Numbered from the whole stretch's first letter, positions 48,413 through 61,418 are shown. The stretch: 63,433 bases of DNA, filler included, from Saprolegnia diclina VS20 (GCF_000281045.1; 6 parts of 4 records of this genome joined end to end with filler, not necessarily neighbours in it); one strand, 5' to 3'. Made by a program: numbers and translations. The notes: generated by a model from the sequence alone, not told the origin.

Positions 48413-49655
48413 CGTGCGAAGAATGCGCGAGTGCTCTTGTCGAGTGTACCTCGTTCCCAGGCCGTGTTTCTAGCAACGGCAGTAATCCCATGGCCAGCAT
48501 GGCGTATCAGAATGTTTGTATACTGCTGGAAGGGGAGGGCGGACCAGCTGGCCCCGACTTCAACCTCGCCGACGCGATGACCAGCGTTATCGCCTGCCCG
48601 ATCATGTCAGCAGACAACGACGACGACCGAAGACCGACCGCGGCCGAGCGCTCGTCGACGACATCGGGACGACGATGCTGCCATCGCGGACTTCACGAGT
48701 ACACTGTAGTTTGTCGAGACGGCGGCCGTAGACACGATGGCCTTTCTGAGTTGCCAGACCCTAGGCAAAAACAGATGCCATAACCTAATGTGATCGACTC
48801 CGTCGTCGCGCGTACGTCGATGGCGATGCTCCATCCATCGTGTCAAGCCGCAACAAGCCACCAGCTATTGCGCAAAGCACCACGCCGAAGCAGCCAACGA
48901 GCTGTCGCCGACGAGCAGTGCAGCTGGCAGCGGAGAGCAAGGGAGCCGAAGCGTTGGTCGCTGCAACATTGCAAACGCGTCGAGGTTTCGCCTTTCGTCT
49001 ACATCTGATCGCGGCCACCATGCAGCGCTGGTCAGTTTTTGTGTGCAAACGAATGTGCCGTCCAACAGCCTGGCACAAGTGCGATCTGTGCGCAATTGCG
49101 GCTCATCTCACAGCGATTTCGGTCACGAATTCGCCATTGTCGGCGTCGTCACTGGTGCACCCAACCCCGCAAAGCATCCAACACCACAACGCCCGTGCTG
49201 CCAGCGTGCAGCACACCTCACCCTTGCTGCACTAGATATTTGCTACAAGTATGAACACACCGGATTCAAGCAGAGCCACCGGGACAATGAATCAATATCC
49301 AACACACTGCTCCACTAATCAATAATCTTACTTTGAGCACTTGACGCTTTCTCAGTCGAGCGGGCTTGAGGCGTAGGGTACCTTGGCTCGCCTAGGTTGT
49401 TGAGTGGTCTGGTCTATGCATCGGCGCCATCTATGCTCCAGGCACTAGTTTAGGTAATGGGACGGGTCGGTCTCCTCGCCAACAAGAGACTTCGACGTTA
49501 CCAAGTTTACAAAGTTGGCCTCGACAAGGAATAACGAAAAAACTCAACAAATGATTTCATACTCACTGCCAGGACCAGGACCGTGGCGAGGACCCATTCG
49601 CCATCTCACGATCGCGGTTTCAACCTCGATTCCATTGCCGTGAAACCGATTCTCC

Positions 49656-52050
49656 ATGCCAGCCACCGGCTACGTCGTGCCCGACCTCGATGACGGGCGG
49701 CCCGTGCGTCGCAAAGGCAGCAACAACGCCCACGACCTCGTCGACGAGTCGACACCACTATCGGCCTTGCGGCGCAAGCCGCATCGTGGTCTCTGGAGTC
49801 CGGCCCACCGCTCCAAGTACACCGAATCCGTCGTCGGCGTACCGAGAGCTCCATGTGTAGGCTGGTTGGGGTGTTCATGCTGCTCTGGCTCGTCGGTGTC
49901 TTGGTTTACCAGCACTATTACGATACATCGCCAAGAGAAATGCTAAACGAGGACGATGGGCCAACGGCGCTGCCGATGCCAGTGTTGCGTCCGCCGTTGG
50001 CAGCCAAACCACTAGTGGCGTGGACGCTCGGCGCAGTACTCGACGCATATGCGCTGTCGTCGACAGCCTCTGTCAATGAACTCCAGCAGCTCTTGCTGCG
50101 CATCCAAGACGACACGGCGCCCACGGTAGTGCGTTTCCGACGTTCCGATGTGACGTAAGCACTGTGTAGCCACGAGGAAAATGGACCCGGTCCGAAGCCG
50201 AAACCATACAACTTCTCGTGGTCCAGCGAATCGATGCTCTCACGGCGGAGCAAAGCGGAGTCGAATTCGCGGATCCGGAAGCGACGTCAATGGTTGATGA
50301 AGAGGCGCCGATGGCCATCGATCTGCCCTCCAAGCCTTTGGTCGTCGATGAGCCCACACCGAGTGACGAGCCAGCACCGACGCCAAAAGAGGCCACAGAT
50401 GCGCCAACAACGGTGATGCAACCGACCACCGAAGCACCGACAGGGCCAACGGAGCCTGCGACCGCCGCGCCGACGCTCCGTCCGACGGAAGCACACATAC
50501 CGATCGAGACACTGGCGGCAACAACGCAGCCACCGACACCGACGACGCTGGTTGCCACGACCGAGGCCACCACGGTCGTCACCAGTACATCGGCTCCGCC
50601 ACCACAGCCTTCCCTCCGCCGCTCTACACTCGGTATCCCTTGCGAGACGTACGAAGCGTCAACATGGCACGTAGGGTACCAGAGTGATCTTGTGCTGTGG
50701 GTCAAGGCCGACGACGGAGTCCATGTGCCCGACACCAGCGCGTGCGCCGCCGACGCTTCACAATGTCGTGTTTACGCGTGCGTGCATGATTCTGTTGTTC
50801 GACTCGAATAACTCTACTTCTTTGGTCGTGCAGGTGGCGCAATCAAGCGCCCGGTGGAGACGCCTTTGCCTTCATTCCAATGTCGACGACACCGACCTCG
50901 GTACGTCCTTCGTTGCCAGTTTCATCGGCCGAGCCTTGGTCGTAGATGCTTCCCATTCTAGTCCCGAACGCGATCGGTGATCTCCCAGCGCTCTACTTTA
51001 CGTGCCCACTGGTTCTGTCACCACCGAGAACGCTGCTTCGTGACAAGTCGACTCTCTTTATCGTCTTGTCTCCTGCCACACTCAGTGAGGTGCACAACGT
51101 GCGAGTTGTTTGTATCAAGGTATCAATCGGTCGACTGTCTAGTCGCACCAAACTTTTTTCGGGCACACGCCGTACGGTCAATTCCGGCTCCAGCACCAGC
51201 GAGCGAGCTTCTATGGCGCCGGCGAAGGCGTCGAAGCCGAGGTATCGCCTTTTCTTTGCGTACGACGAGCAATATGTTGATTAGGACAACCAAGGTATTG
51301 CGCCCGGCACATTTTCACTCCTCGTGTACGCCTTGGACTCGACGATGCGCATCAAAGTCAACGGTATGACTTGCACGCAGAGCGTATGCCAAGCCTTCGG
51401 GTAGGACTGCCGTTTGGGTCGGAGACGCAGGACCTCCCCGTGCACCTGTCGCCGCTCGACACGACGGTGCTCGGGAGTGCCAAGCGCACTTGTGACGACA
51501 GCGCGTTTCATGGTACCACCATGTTTTCAACGATCGCAAGCTTCTCACGGTGCGTAGGCCGCATCGCTGAAGTCTTGTTGTACTCTTCGGTGCTCTCAGC
51601 GCCAAATATGAACATGGTCGAAGACTATTTGCTTTCAAAGTGGGCGATACCACGAGGTATAGCCATGGATCGGTGTATGCAGACACGATTGGATAACTAG
51701 CCACCCAACACCACGCCGTCAACAAGGCGCCCTTGAAGAACGACGACGACGACAATACTATCATACAGGACGAGGGCGACAGAGCAGTACAGCCGGCGGT
51801 ACCGGCGACACCGGTGCAACGAAATGCACTGCGGTCGGGCGTCGCCCTGGTCGGTGGATACAACCGCGACGACGTGTTTGTGTGGGTACCTCCCGCCGAG
51901 GACCCGCGCCTCGCCGCCGAGTGGCGTGGCATCGTCGCTGCCAAAATCAAGCTCGTCGAGCGGTTCGAGTTTGGCGGCAAGATTCTACACGAGTACATTG
52001 ACGAGCTCAAAGAGGAGCTCCACGGCGTGCGCAGTGTCATGTTTCCTTGA
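49656..52050 (+). CDS. Type II membrane protein with mucin-like stalk and ConA/LamG-like lectin domain, multi-exon
   Basis: TM LVGVFMLLWLVGVLVY, Thr/Pro stalk, spliced domain LVLWVKADDGV...VYAWRNQA...LVPNAIGDLPALYF...GRIAEVLLYSSVLS..NMVEDYLLSKWAI. Final exon 51701-52050 is inferred. Confidence 0.65.
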
Positions 52051-54405
52051 TTCTGTTTGCCAAATGTAAAATGCTTTTCGTTTCGCTTTCTGCCACAATA
52101 CATTTTGCGCCAGTATGTTGCGACTAGCATACTGTAGTTCGTCGAGGGAGTACTCGTTGTCGTATTGGCGACCGTCAACGTTGCCAAACACTTGGCGAGA
52201 TTCGACATGTTCTTTTTGCTCTTGAGATCGTTGTCGCCGGCGGGCCATCGGCTCGACCGCAGGCTCGACCGAGTGGATTTAGGTCAATGACAACCACACG
52301 GTGTGGAACTGCAACTTCAACGTACCAGCCTTCAAGATCCGCTGCCAAGATCCGGTTCTAATGGCTGCCGTTCCACGCGTCGCTGCAGAGACAATATTTC
52401 GCTGCCAACAATGACAGCAACGAGAGACGCCTCCCATATCGAGTGCAGCATGCACGTGTGCTTCTATCGACGGCGTGGGTTGGGCAGCGAGCTGTCACAT
52501 CAGTAGGATTCTTCTCGTCTTACCACACCACGAGACCAAACCCAACGCTACAAACTTGAGTACGACGCCAAGCAACCAGCGTGGGTTGCATGGCAAGCTC
52601 TTGAGAATTCATGTACACGCATTCTTCTCGCCGCCGGCCCAGAACCCAGAACGGCGCTGCAAGCAAAGCAGAAAGGCAGCTCTTGTTCGAGCTGAGAATA
52701 ATGGTTGGCGCCCGACGACGACGACACGCCGACGTTGGCTTGCACCAGCGAGAAACCCTCCTTTGTGAGTGTCAGGGACACGTGGCGTGTTGCCCTATCC
52801 ACAAGGCGCGCAAAATTGACGATGAAAATTAAGCGATGGCCGGCAACGACGAGAGGACGACGAGCGCACAAGGCCGCGACGGACCGTCGTTGCATGTACA
52901 CGAAAACCCTTCCATTGGTATCTTGCGGGGTAAATTCATTGGCTATCGTCGCCGAACCTCCCGAGATGCAATCGGTTGGCCTTTGCATCCCGTGCCATGG
53001 AAGCGTTCGCGATCGCAGCGTTTCTTGGAGCACGCGACGCCATAGAAAGCCCAGGCAGCAAAAACAGACTATCACCAAGTAGCTGCTTGGCGAAATGGAT
53101 GGCTGCGACAACGTATCGCGCTGCGACGTTTTATCGCCAAACGAGTTGAGCGGTATTTGACACATGCACTGCCCACGCCATGGACAATATACACCGTGCG
53201 TCACCCACGCGTGCAGAGCCGCGCCGCGCCGACTTGTATCGTGTATCGGCATATAAAACACACACCGGGCGCCGCCTCCATGCCACGCGAGGTACCTCGC
53301 ACTTGCCGGCTCGCGGGAGGCAGCGACATATACCTTTGAAACACGAGGGTACTCGGATTTGGGAATGCTCGCGTGGAGAGGCATGGCAAAGAAGATACTT
53401 TTTCCGACGTGAGTCGCGCCGAAAGCCGCAAAGAAAGGGCTCCGTTGGCGCGCCAGCTGGTGGCACAGCGCATTGCATTTCTCAAAAGAGTCTCGTAGCG
53501 GGTTGTCCACTTCTGATAGGGTCGGTGGCCCGCGATGATGGCGCCAGTCGTCGCGCCGTCTTGAAGCAAGTCGGCCGAGTAGCTTCCTCTTCGACATGTA
53601 TACGTGTCGTCGTCGTTATATTCGATCGCCTTGCCGTGCACCTGGTATGACCGTTGAAGATACAAGTTGCAGCGCTTCTGGCGACAAGACTGCTCGACAG
53701 TCCGACATGTGCATTCGACCAACACGGCCAGCTGCAAGCGCGCAGTCGAGTAGTATAAGATCTGATTTTAAACTTAGGTCTCCAAGCGTCTTCCAGAGTC
53801 CGCGAACCATCGAAACAAGCATCAAGGTGTCGCCCACCCGATCGATCATGGCGATTTGAACCAAGGTGTGCGCGCCAGTGGCTACCTACCGTACTTGTCT
53901 GCATCGAGGCGCACGGTGTATCTCGCCCGCCATTTCCTGCGTGGATCGGTCCGTCATGGCAAGCCCGCACCGTACACTGTAGAAGGCTGGCTCATCCAGG
54001 GCCGCTTGCACCCGCGTTGCTTTCGCTAGTTGTTGAAGAATGAGCATCTATTAAAGCTAGCTCGTACGCCATACAAGCTATCTTTCAAAGCTGCGATCGT
54101 GGCGTGTGGCGGGCACGAACACTCGTGAGCATCGTCAACCAAATTTGGCTCATCCACCCGCTCCATGCGATATGGAGACAGTGTCGACAAGTGCATGCAG
54201 ATGGAGACACCTCTGGTAAAGACATGCACCTTTTTCTAACCCATACACCGGTCTTGTCTTGGGGAGCGTATTAAATGAGCTTGGTGTTTGTATGGCAAAG
54301 GTGAGAGACGGAATTAAATAGGCTTCTCGCCTGCAAACGATTTTTGGCCAATCGCGTGACGCCGGCGCAGGCTGATCGATGGCATGTGGCAGTCTTCCAT
54401 TTCCC

Positions 54406-55389
54406 ATGTCGTCGCCCCCGCGCCCGTCGTCGCCGACGATGCGACCAGTGTACCCGTCGTCGTCGTCGCGCAGCAACTCGGTCGTCCGGCGCAACAGCCA
54501 CGGCAGCCTCGTCGCGCCCAACATCACATCGACCGCCGGCGTCGAGTACGACTCGATCCGCGTCCTCGACGAAGCAGTCTCGAGCCATGGCACCATCTAC
54601 TACTCGGTGCACGTCTCGTGCATGGAGAGCCCGCTCGACAACTACACGATTCGCCGGCGCTACAACGACTTCAAGTCGTTCCACGCAACCTTGTCGCGCT
54701 ACATGCCCACCGCGCCGTTTGGCTTTGTCGCGTTCAAGGCCGCGATCAAGTCGATCGACGAGGACGAGCCTGACAGCACCAATACCGCCAACAACAGTAC
54801 GTTTTTGAAAGACTCTGGCGAAGACAGCAGCAGCCACCATCCAACGATGGACGTCGTGTACCTCCCGCCCATGCCCATCGGCGGCCTCCTCGCCATCATG
54901 ACGTCCAAAGACACGCTCATCCGCAGCCGCATTGCCATGTTCAACCGCATCCTCGAAGCCGCGCTTGAAGATGGCAGCCGACCGGTCGCTGAGGCGCTCC
55001 GCAACTTTATCAAGGAGGCGCCCGGCGGCAGCTTGCACCGGACGCTCTCGAGCATGTCCGACTCGACCAACGACAAGAAGCGCACCAAGTCTCGGTCCAG
55101 CTCGGCGTCGTCCTATGTCTCGCTGCGCGACTATGCGGCGCCCGAGCTGACGCTGAGCCTCGAGCGCGATGCGAGGCGCCGGACCGCGTCCTTTGGCCGC
55201 CAAACCAACCGACTCTTCCTCGACTGCGCGATCAAGGCGGTGGAAGCCGTCGAGAACGGGTCGGCGCAACCGCTCTCGTCGTCGTCGTCGTCGACGGCCG
55301 CCACGAGCTCGCCATGCTCGCCATACGAGACGAGCCTTTTGCCACCTACGACGATCTCGGCCGCGCCGCCGTCGATCGCGGCTTCATGA
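54406..55389 (+). CDS. PX (phox homology) domain protein
   Basis: IYYSVHV...YTIRRRYNDFKSFHATL...LPPMP...IRSRIAMFNRIL; single exon. Confidence 0.85.
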   Translation: MSSPPRPSSPTMRPVYPSSSSRSNSVVRRNSHGSLVAPNITSTAGVEYDSIRVLDEAVSSHGTIYYSVHVSCMESPLDNYTIRRRYNDFKSFHATLSRYMPTAPFGFVAFKAAIKSIDEDEPDSTNTANNSTFLKDSGEDSSSHHPTMDVVYLPPMPIGGLLAIMTSKDTLIRSRIAMFNRILEAALEDGSRPVAEALRNFIKEAPGGSLHRTLSSMSDSTNDKKRTKSRSSSASSYVSLRDYAAPELTLSLERDARRRTASFGRQTNRLFLDCAIKAVEAVENGSAQPLSSSSSSTAATSSPCSPYETSLLPPTTISAAPPSIAAS

Positions 55390-55596
55390 TGACCGCCACC
55401 CACCTCCCCACCCTCCCCGTCCTCGTAATAATATAGTCGTCGTCCCTGTCCCGCGGTGTGCGCTTTGCTCTGACGCGACTCTGATCGCTCCCAAGCCAGT
55501 CGCCAGTACAAGAGGAAACAGGTGGAGTACCAGCTGCCACGACCATACGAGTGCCAACGTGATCTTTGTACACCATCTGCCGACAGCGAGTTGAGG

Positions 55597-57317
55597 TCAA
55601 CGACGCGCATGCTTCTTGCGGTCCCGCGACGACGAGCGCGAGTACGACCGACGCCGGCGACGGCGGTCCGGTGATCGCGACCGACTGCGCCGTCGACTGC
55701 TGCGCCGACGGTCCGGTGACGGGGGGCGATGGCCACCGGGCGACACGGACCGGCGATCCCGCGACACGGAAGAGCGACGACCGCGCGGCGACGGCGACCG
55801 ACGACTGCGTGGTGATGGCGACCGGCGACTACGGGGCGAAGGCGACCGGCGGCTACGGGGCGAAGGCGACCGGCGGCTGCGAGGTGACGGCGACCGACGC
55901 GACTCAGAACGAGGACTGGGCCGTGCTGGCGACGGCGAGCGTCGGGCGGCAGCTTCCCGCGCGGCTTCTTCGCGCGCAGCGGCCTGTCGTTCGAGGCGGT
56001 CGGCGGCGTCCTGTTTGAACGCCGCTTCGCGCGCCGCTCGGTCTTCCTCTTCCTTTCTACTCGCCATGTCAACCACAAGCGATGCTATTTGATGGAATAC
56101 CGAAAGTCTTCTTGGCAAGTCGCAAAAATCTCTTCTTCGTCGATCGCCGAGAGCACGGTAATGTCGACTTGGGTTCGGAGCTTGGCGATCGCCGGGTCCG
56201 TGTACTCGTCGGCGTCGACCACCGCCTTCTTGTGGTCGCTCCAGAGGTCGAGCAGCCGCTTGTACTCGAGGCGGCGGTGCATCGCTTTCGGATACCAAGC
56301 GTCCAACTAGCGCATGGACGATCACGCGGGATATACAGGACATGCAGCGTCCTTATACCTGCTTTTGGTAAACCGACTCTTGCACGGCCAGCGGGAGCAC
56401 GTTGAGAACTGTGGTTGTCATCGCCTGGAACGACGCGTTGTCGGTCAGCGTCCCGAGGAATTGCTCAAAACTAGCCTTCTTCTTGGACATCTAGAGCACG
56501 TTTTGCATGTAGCACCGTCGCTTGGAGGAGGTCGTGTACCTGCGCCAAGGGCATCGCGTGGAGCGTCGCTTCGACAAAGGAGGCCCACGCCTTGCGCGCC
56601 TTCTTGACGTTGCGCTTCATCTCGGCCGCGATCTCGGCCTTGCGGTGCTTGATAAAGTGTTCGAAGATGGCCCGGCGTTCGTCCATGCTACACACACCAT
56701 AGACATAAGATGTGTTGCAACTTGGAGACGGCCACGTACTCGGCGATGGCGCGGAAGCGGTCGTCGACGGCGATGCGGGGCAGCGCGCCGTCCCACTTGA
56801 AGTGCGGCAAAATGCCCTTCTCGCGGAGCATGGCGCGGAAGGCCTCGATGCGCTCCATGTGCAGCTTCTTCTCTTCGTCCGTCTCTTCTTGGGGCGGCGG
56901 CGGCGCAGCCACGACAGGCGGTGGCAGCGGGGTCTTGGCGGGCGCTTTGGGTGGCGCAAAGCGCTCCTTGCGACGGAGCGCGTCGGCGGCGGCGCGCTCG
57001 GCGGCCGCTTCGTTCTCGCGCAAAATGGCGAGTTGTGCGTACGACATCTCGGGCGCGCTGCCCCAGTCGTCGGGGCGCTCCCACACGGACGCCCGGCTTG
57101 GCAGGTGAAAGTAGTAGAGCGTGCCAAAGCCCGCGTCAAAGACGCCCCACTCGCCCGAGAAGGCCAGCGCGGTCTTCATCATGTCGTCCATCTCGCCGAG
57201 CTCTTCACGGACCTCAATGGGCATCTCCCACATGCTCTCGTTGGCCTCGGCGTCGTGGTAGTACTTCCAGCCATCGCCAGCGTCATGCTCGGACCACTTG
57301 CCCCACGTCCGGCCCAT
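55597..57317 (-). CDS. WW-WW-FF protein with C-terminal RS domain (PRP40/TCERG1-like splicing factor)
   Basis: WW1 WSEHDAGDGWKYYH..ESMWEMP, WW2 WGVFDAG..YYFH...SVWERP, FF EAFRAMLREKGI..KWD..LPRIAVDDRF..ERRAIFEHF; tail with SPSPRSRR repeats. Confidence 0.8.
55775..55900 (-). repeat. 24-nt-period coding repeat (RRSPSPRS x5)
   Basis: ggcgaccggcg(a/g)ctacggggcgaa-like units on the + strand. Confidence 0.85.
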
Positions 57318-57762
57318 GCTGGTGGAACGGAATACGGTATCCGCGGCCAGTGATTGGCCCGCCGGTACAAGCTCGGCCTCGCATAATCTAAAAACACTCA
57401 ACTATTACCTCGTCGCAGGGTTGCTGGGCCCAAATCAACTCGAATAGCCTCACTCGCCAACACATTAGTCTTTCAAGCATGCATTCGTTCAATTGTACGC
57501 ATTGAGAGCTCCGTAGTGAGCAACGGGCTCCATGACACCTTGGCGCTCTCGAACATAAAGAGATGTGTGTCTAGCCAATACGTCTTAAAAATACTAAATA
57601 TTTGAATGTATTTTGATTTGAATACAAGATGGCAGATCGATACCTCAAATACTTGCAGGCCTNNNNNNNNNNNNNNNNNNNNNNNNNNNNNNNNNNNNNN
57701 NNNNNNTTAATTAATTAANNNNNNNNNNNNNNNNNNNNNNNNNNNNNNNNNNNNNNNNNNNN

Positions 57763-57989
57763 ACCCGAACGCCGGCAACCTCAAGGCGACTGTCTCGGCG
57801 GGTGGCGACTGGGTCTACGACATCCCGAGCTCGTGGTGGTACTACCTCGCGGCGACGATCGTGCTGTGCGGCCTCGGCATCGTTGTGCAGTTCCGTGAGC
57901 TCACGCAGCACAAGCGGCGCGAGGGTCAGCAGGCGACGTACGCGATCCCCGAGACGCCCAAGCACGGCGACCCGATCCGCCACGTCTAA
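57763..57989 (+). CDS. 3' fragment of TMEM198/TM7S3-like (DUF4203) membrane protein, subtype A
   Basis: PNAGNLKATVSAGGDWVYDIPSSWWYYLAATIVLCGLGIVVQF...GDPIRHV*; homologous to 60615-61418. Confidence 0.8.
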
Positions 57990-59150
57990 GACGACAGCAT
58001 CCTCACCTTATCGACACCTATTTCAGAACTAAAATAACTAACGACTATTCTTTCTTCATGCTTTGTATTCGACTTTTGTTTGGTGCTGCTCCAGTCTTCA
58101 CAGTCAAAGCTGAGTTCTGCTACATCGATATACCAAATGCGATCGCTCGATGCGCAGTTACGCCGACGTGTTCGGTGGTGCCTTCGTCTCAGACCGAAGA
58201 GCTGGATGGACCTGAATGGTCGCCTTGATAGCGCAGTTCCTGCGATAGAGAGACTAATACGGCCCCTGCAAGCAGAACACAAACTAATTCGGCTGTCGAC
58301 ACAGTATCTTGCTGCTTGGCCCAAGATAACGCGGTCCATGGTAGCAGAGCCCACGCTCAACCACTCATCGACCATTCAGCACTTACAGGCGACAGTCGGC
58401 GCTTCCGGATCTGTGGGACCGCCGCGCTGCGTTCGACCACTCTGCATGGCGCACGGAAAGCACGTGTCTTGAATTCATTTTCCAACGATCACGATCACCG
58501 ACGTATGCAGGTCCCCGGCCTTTTCGAGGAGGCACGAACAACTCCAATGGCGCTTCTATACACTGCATCCCACTCGTACGCAAGCGTCATGCTAGTGTAC
58601 TAGCCCTAGGCGCGGTGGATCTGCCGGCAAAGGAGTTTTGTTTCGTCTCGAAGCCCGTGTCTGCCTGTCTGGATCAACCGGTTTCGAAGCAGTGTAACCA
58701 TCTGATTCATCGAATATAAAAATATATAAATGTTTGTAGCAAATAGAATACAATTGCATGCGCCGCGCGCGTTCTCACGGCGCGCGCTCATTTTGCGGTG
58801 CCATCCGGACGTTCCATGGTCCACATAGCCAGACTATGTGCAACTCGATCCGAGATGTATCGATCATACGTAGAGTAGCCAGCGCACATGTAGCAGTTTG
58901 CCTTTTACCCGTCCGCGCGCACTCACTTGCTTGTCATGGCGGGTCGTCTTATCGTTCTCTCCGCACTCATCGCGGGCGTCTCGGCCCATCATAATTGCAT
59001 GCTAATAACTCATTTCAACAACAGGTTATACAAGGCGCCGCGGCGACGACACATGACCTGATCATATCCAAAATATATTGTTCATGGCGAAATAGTCGTT
59101 AGTTATTTTAGTTCTGAAATAGGTGTCGATAAGGTGAGGATGCTGTCGTC

Positions 59151-59270
59151 TTAGACGTGGCGGATCGGGTCGCCGTGCTTGGGCGTCTCGGGGATCGCGT
59201 ACGTCGCCTGCTGACCCTCGCGCCGCTTGTGCTGCGTGAGCTCACGGAACTGCACAACGATGCCGAGGCC
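59151..59270 (-). CDS. 3' fragment of TMEM198-like gene, subtype A, inverted copy
   Basis: 59091-59270 is the reverse complement of 57870-58049. Confidence 0.7.
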   Translation of the reverse strand, partial: GLGIVVQFRELTQHKRREGQQATYAIPETPKHGDPIRHV

Positions 59271-59370
59271 NNNNNNNNNNNNNNNNNNNNNNNNNNNNNN
59301 NNNNNNNNNNNNNNNNNNNNNNNNNNNNNNNNNNNNNNNNNNNNNNNNNNNNNNNNNNNNNNNNNNNNNN

Positions 59371-59517
59371 ATTCCGTACTCGTGGTGGGGCTACGTCGTG
59401 GGAACCGTCGTCTTGTGCATCTTGGGCATGTACTTTCAGCTGCAGTCGACGGCGGCGCCGCCAAAAGAGCGCAAACGCTACGTTGGAATGCGCGGCAACC
59501 CGTTCGTACACTGCTAA
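59371..59517 (+). CDS. 3' fragment of TMEM198-like gene, subtype B
   Basis: IPYSWWGYVVGTVVLCILGMYFQL...; first ~48 nt identical to 61290-61337. Confidence 0.75.
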   Translation: MPYSWWGYVVGTVVLCILGMYFQLQSTAAPPKERKRYVGMRGNPFVHC

Positions 59518-60614
59518 ACCAACAGGGTTGTTATTCTATTTAAACCCGACATTTGGACTCGGTTTTTGCGGGTTCCTTGGCTCGTGTCTGCGAGGCGAGC
59601 AGAGAGTTGTTATGCGGAGAGTATCTCATCAACACACAACACCAACCGCCGTGCGAGGCTGCCACGTGTGCCACACAGCTTTCACAATATTTGTACAAGG
59701 ACGTGGGTTGGGCGTTCGTAGACCACGCGCTCATACATGAATAGTCGAATGCAACTCAAAACCATTCCTTCGCGCGACCACCTCGCTCGGGCTGTTGTCG
59801 AGTTATGGTGGTTTTGGCGTGTAGACCCCGCCTTCTATTGACGTTCACCAGCTACACTACGTCAAACTCGAGTCGGCTCGTCCCAAAGGTCCCATTAGCT
59901 TGTGGAAAGCACAGTCAGATACAGACTGCAGCTGAAAGGGCTAGGCAATGCGACGCGCCCTCGAAACCAAGCCCCGAACCTCCGATCTTGCAGCGTCGTG
60001 CAGCTGTCAATTCACATGATCAAATAATGCGATGCTGTTGGAGTCTGCTGCGTTTGAAGAACGGTGCCCTAGGCCACAGTACGCCACTGGCGACTCTGTG
60101 GCTTACCTGGTAACTTGCATTGCAAGCGGAAAACCATTTTGATATCTATCGCATGTTCGAACAGTGTTTGCAAGCTGCCAGAAACTGCAGTAAAATAATC
60201 ACGTGGTTCTTTTGTGCCGACTTATGCTGAAAGATTTCGCAGTATTGTCTTGATTTTTGGCAGGGCTCCATTTTTCCGTGACGCGCGCGCTTATCGAAGG
60301 CCATGCGGACGTTCGATCNNNNNNNNNNNNNNNNNNNNNNNNNNNNNNNNNNNNNNNNNNNNNNNNNNNNNNNNNNNNNNNNNNNNNNNNNNNNNNNNNN
60401 NNNNNNNNNNNNNNNNNNAGTATTGTCTTGATTTTTGGCAGGGCTCCATTTTTCCGTGACGCGCGCGCTTATCGAAGGCCATGCGGACGTTCGATCAAGC
60501 AACACGCCTCGCCGACGCCACGAGCTAGAAACTAAGCTAGGCGCACTGCGGCATCCAAGTATCAATGGTGCACCGAGGGGTATCGCACTCTGCCTTTTCC
60601 CATCTCGCGTCAGG

Positions 60615-61418
60615 ATGCCCGCCATCCTCATCTCGATCCTCTACACGCTCATTGCGGGTGTCTCGGCCCAGCTCTCAGTCCCCGGCAACAGCACTTTTGA
60701 CGCGCAAATCAACCAAATTCTGCACTGGGACGGCCTTCGCCAGTCGAATATCGGTCTCGGTCCCAGTGCGATCGCCGCCGCGGCCATGGCCATTGGCGTC
60801 GTCATCACGTTCTTCGGCTTCAAGCTGCTTCGGCCTGCCATTTTTGTTGCGGGCTTCATTATTGGCGCGGTCGCCGGCTTCATTGGCGCCGAGACGCTCC
60901 TCCGTACCAAGCCCGATCTCGCCATCGCGTGCTGGGTCGCGTTCTTACTGGGCGGTCTCCTCTGTGGCTTCGTCCTCGTGTATTTGCACCATATCGGAAT
61001 CGCGGCACTTGGCGCTGTCGCCGGTGCGCTCTTCGCCACGGTGCTTCATACGTCGTGTGGCTACAAGCTACTTCCTGCGAACCCGCAGATCGTGCTCAAC
61101 GTCCTCTTGGTCGTCTTTAGCATCCTCTTTGGTATTCTCGCGCTCGTGCTCGAGCGGCCGTTTGTGATTTTTGCGATGAGCGCGTTTGGCGCCATCATGA
61201 TCACGTGGGGCGTTGGTTTCTTTGCTGGCGGGTACCCGAACGCGACGAGCTTGCCCCAGTCGCTCAAGAACGGTACCGTGAGCGTCGACATTCCGTACTC
61301 GTGGTGGGGCTACGTCGTGGGAACCGTCGTCTTGTGCGTACTTGGCACATGCTATCAGATGCAGGCGACAGCGCTACCGCCAAAGAAGCGCACTGCCAGT
61401 CTATTCACGCTCTGCTAA
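60615..61418 (+). CDS. TMEM198/TM7S3-like (DUF4203) multi-pass membrane protein, subtype B, complete
   Basis: Signal peptide MPAILISILYTLIAGVSAQ; GVVITFFGFKLLRPAIFVAGFIIG; about 7 Gly-rich TM segments; LERPFVIFAMSAFGA..ITWGVGFFAG.YP. Confidence 0.85.
   Translation: MPAILISILYTLIAGVSAQLSVPGNSTFDAQINQILHWDGLRQSNIGLGPSAIAAAAMAIGVVITFFGFKLLRPAIFVAGFIIGAVAGFIGAETLLRTKPDLAIACWVAFLLGGLLCGFVLVYLHHIGIAALGAVAGALFATVLHTSCGYKLLPANPQIVLNVLLVVFSILFGILALVLERPFVIFAMSAFGAIMITWGVGFFAGGYPNATSLPQSLKNGTVSVDIPYSWWGYVVGTVVLCVLGTCYQMQATALPPKKRTASLFTLC

Noticed and set aside
52548..53597. 349-aa minus-strand ORF
   Set aside because: No domain, atypical composition and no GC3 bias like the real genes; probably spurious, though a decayed element cannot be excluded.
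55775..55900. Regularly spaced repeats as a possible CRISPR array
   Set aside because: 24-nt coding repeat of an RS domain with no unique spacers; eukaryotic context and no cas genes.
60241..60496. 78-bp direct repeat (60241-60318 and 60419-60496)
   Set aside because: Identical sequence on both sides of a 100-N gap; most likely an unmerged contig overlap.
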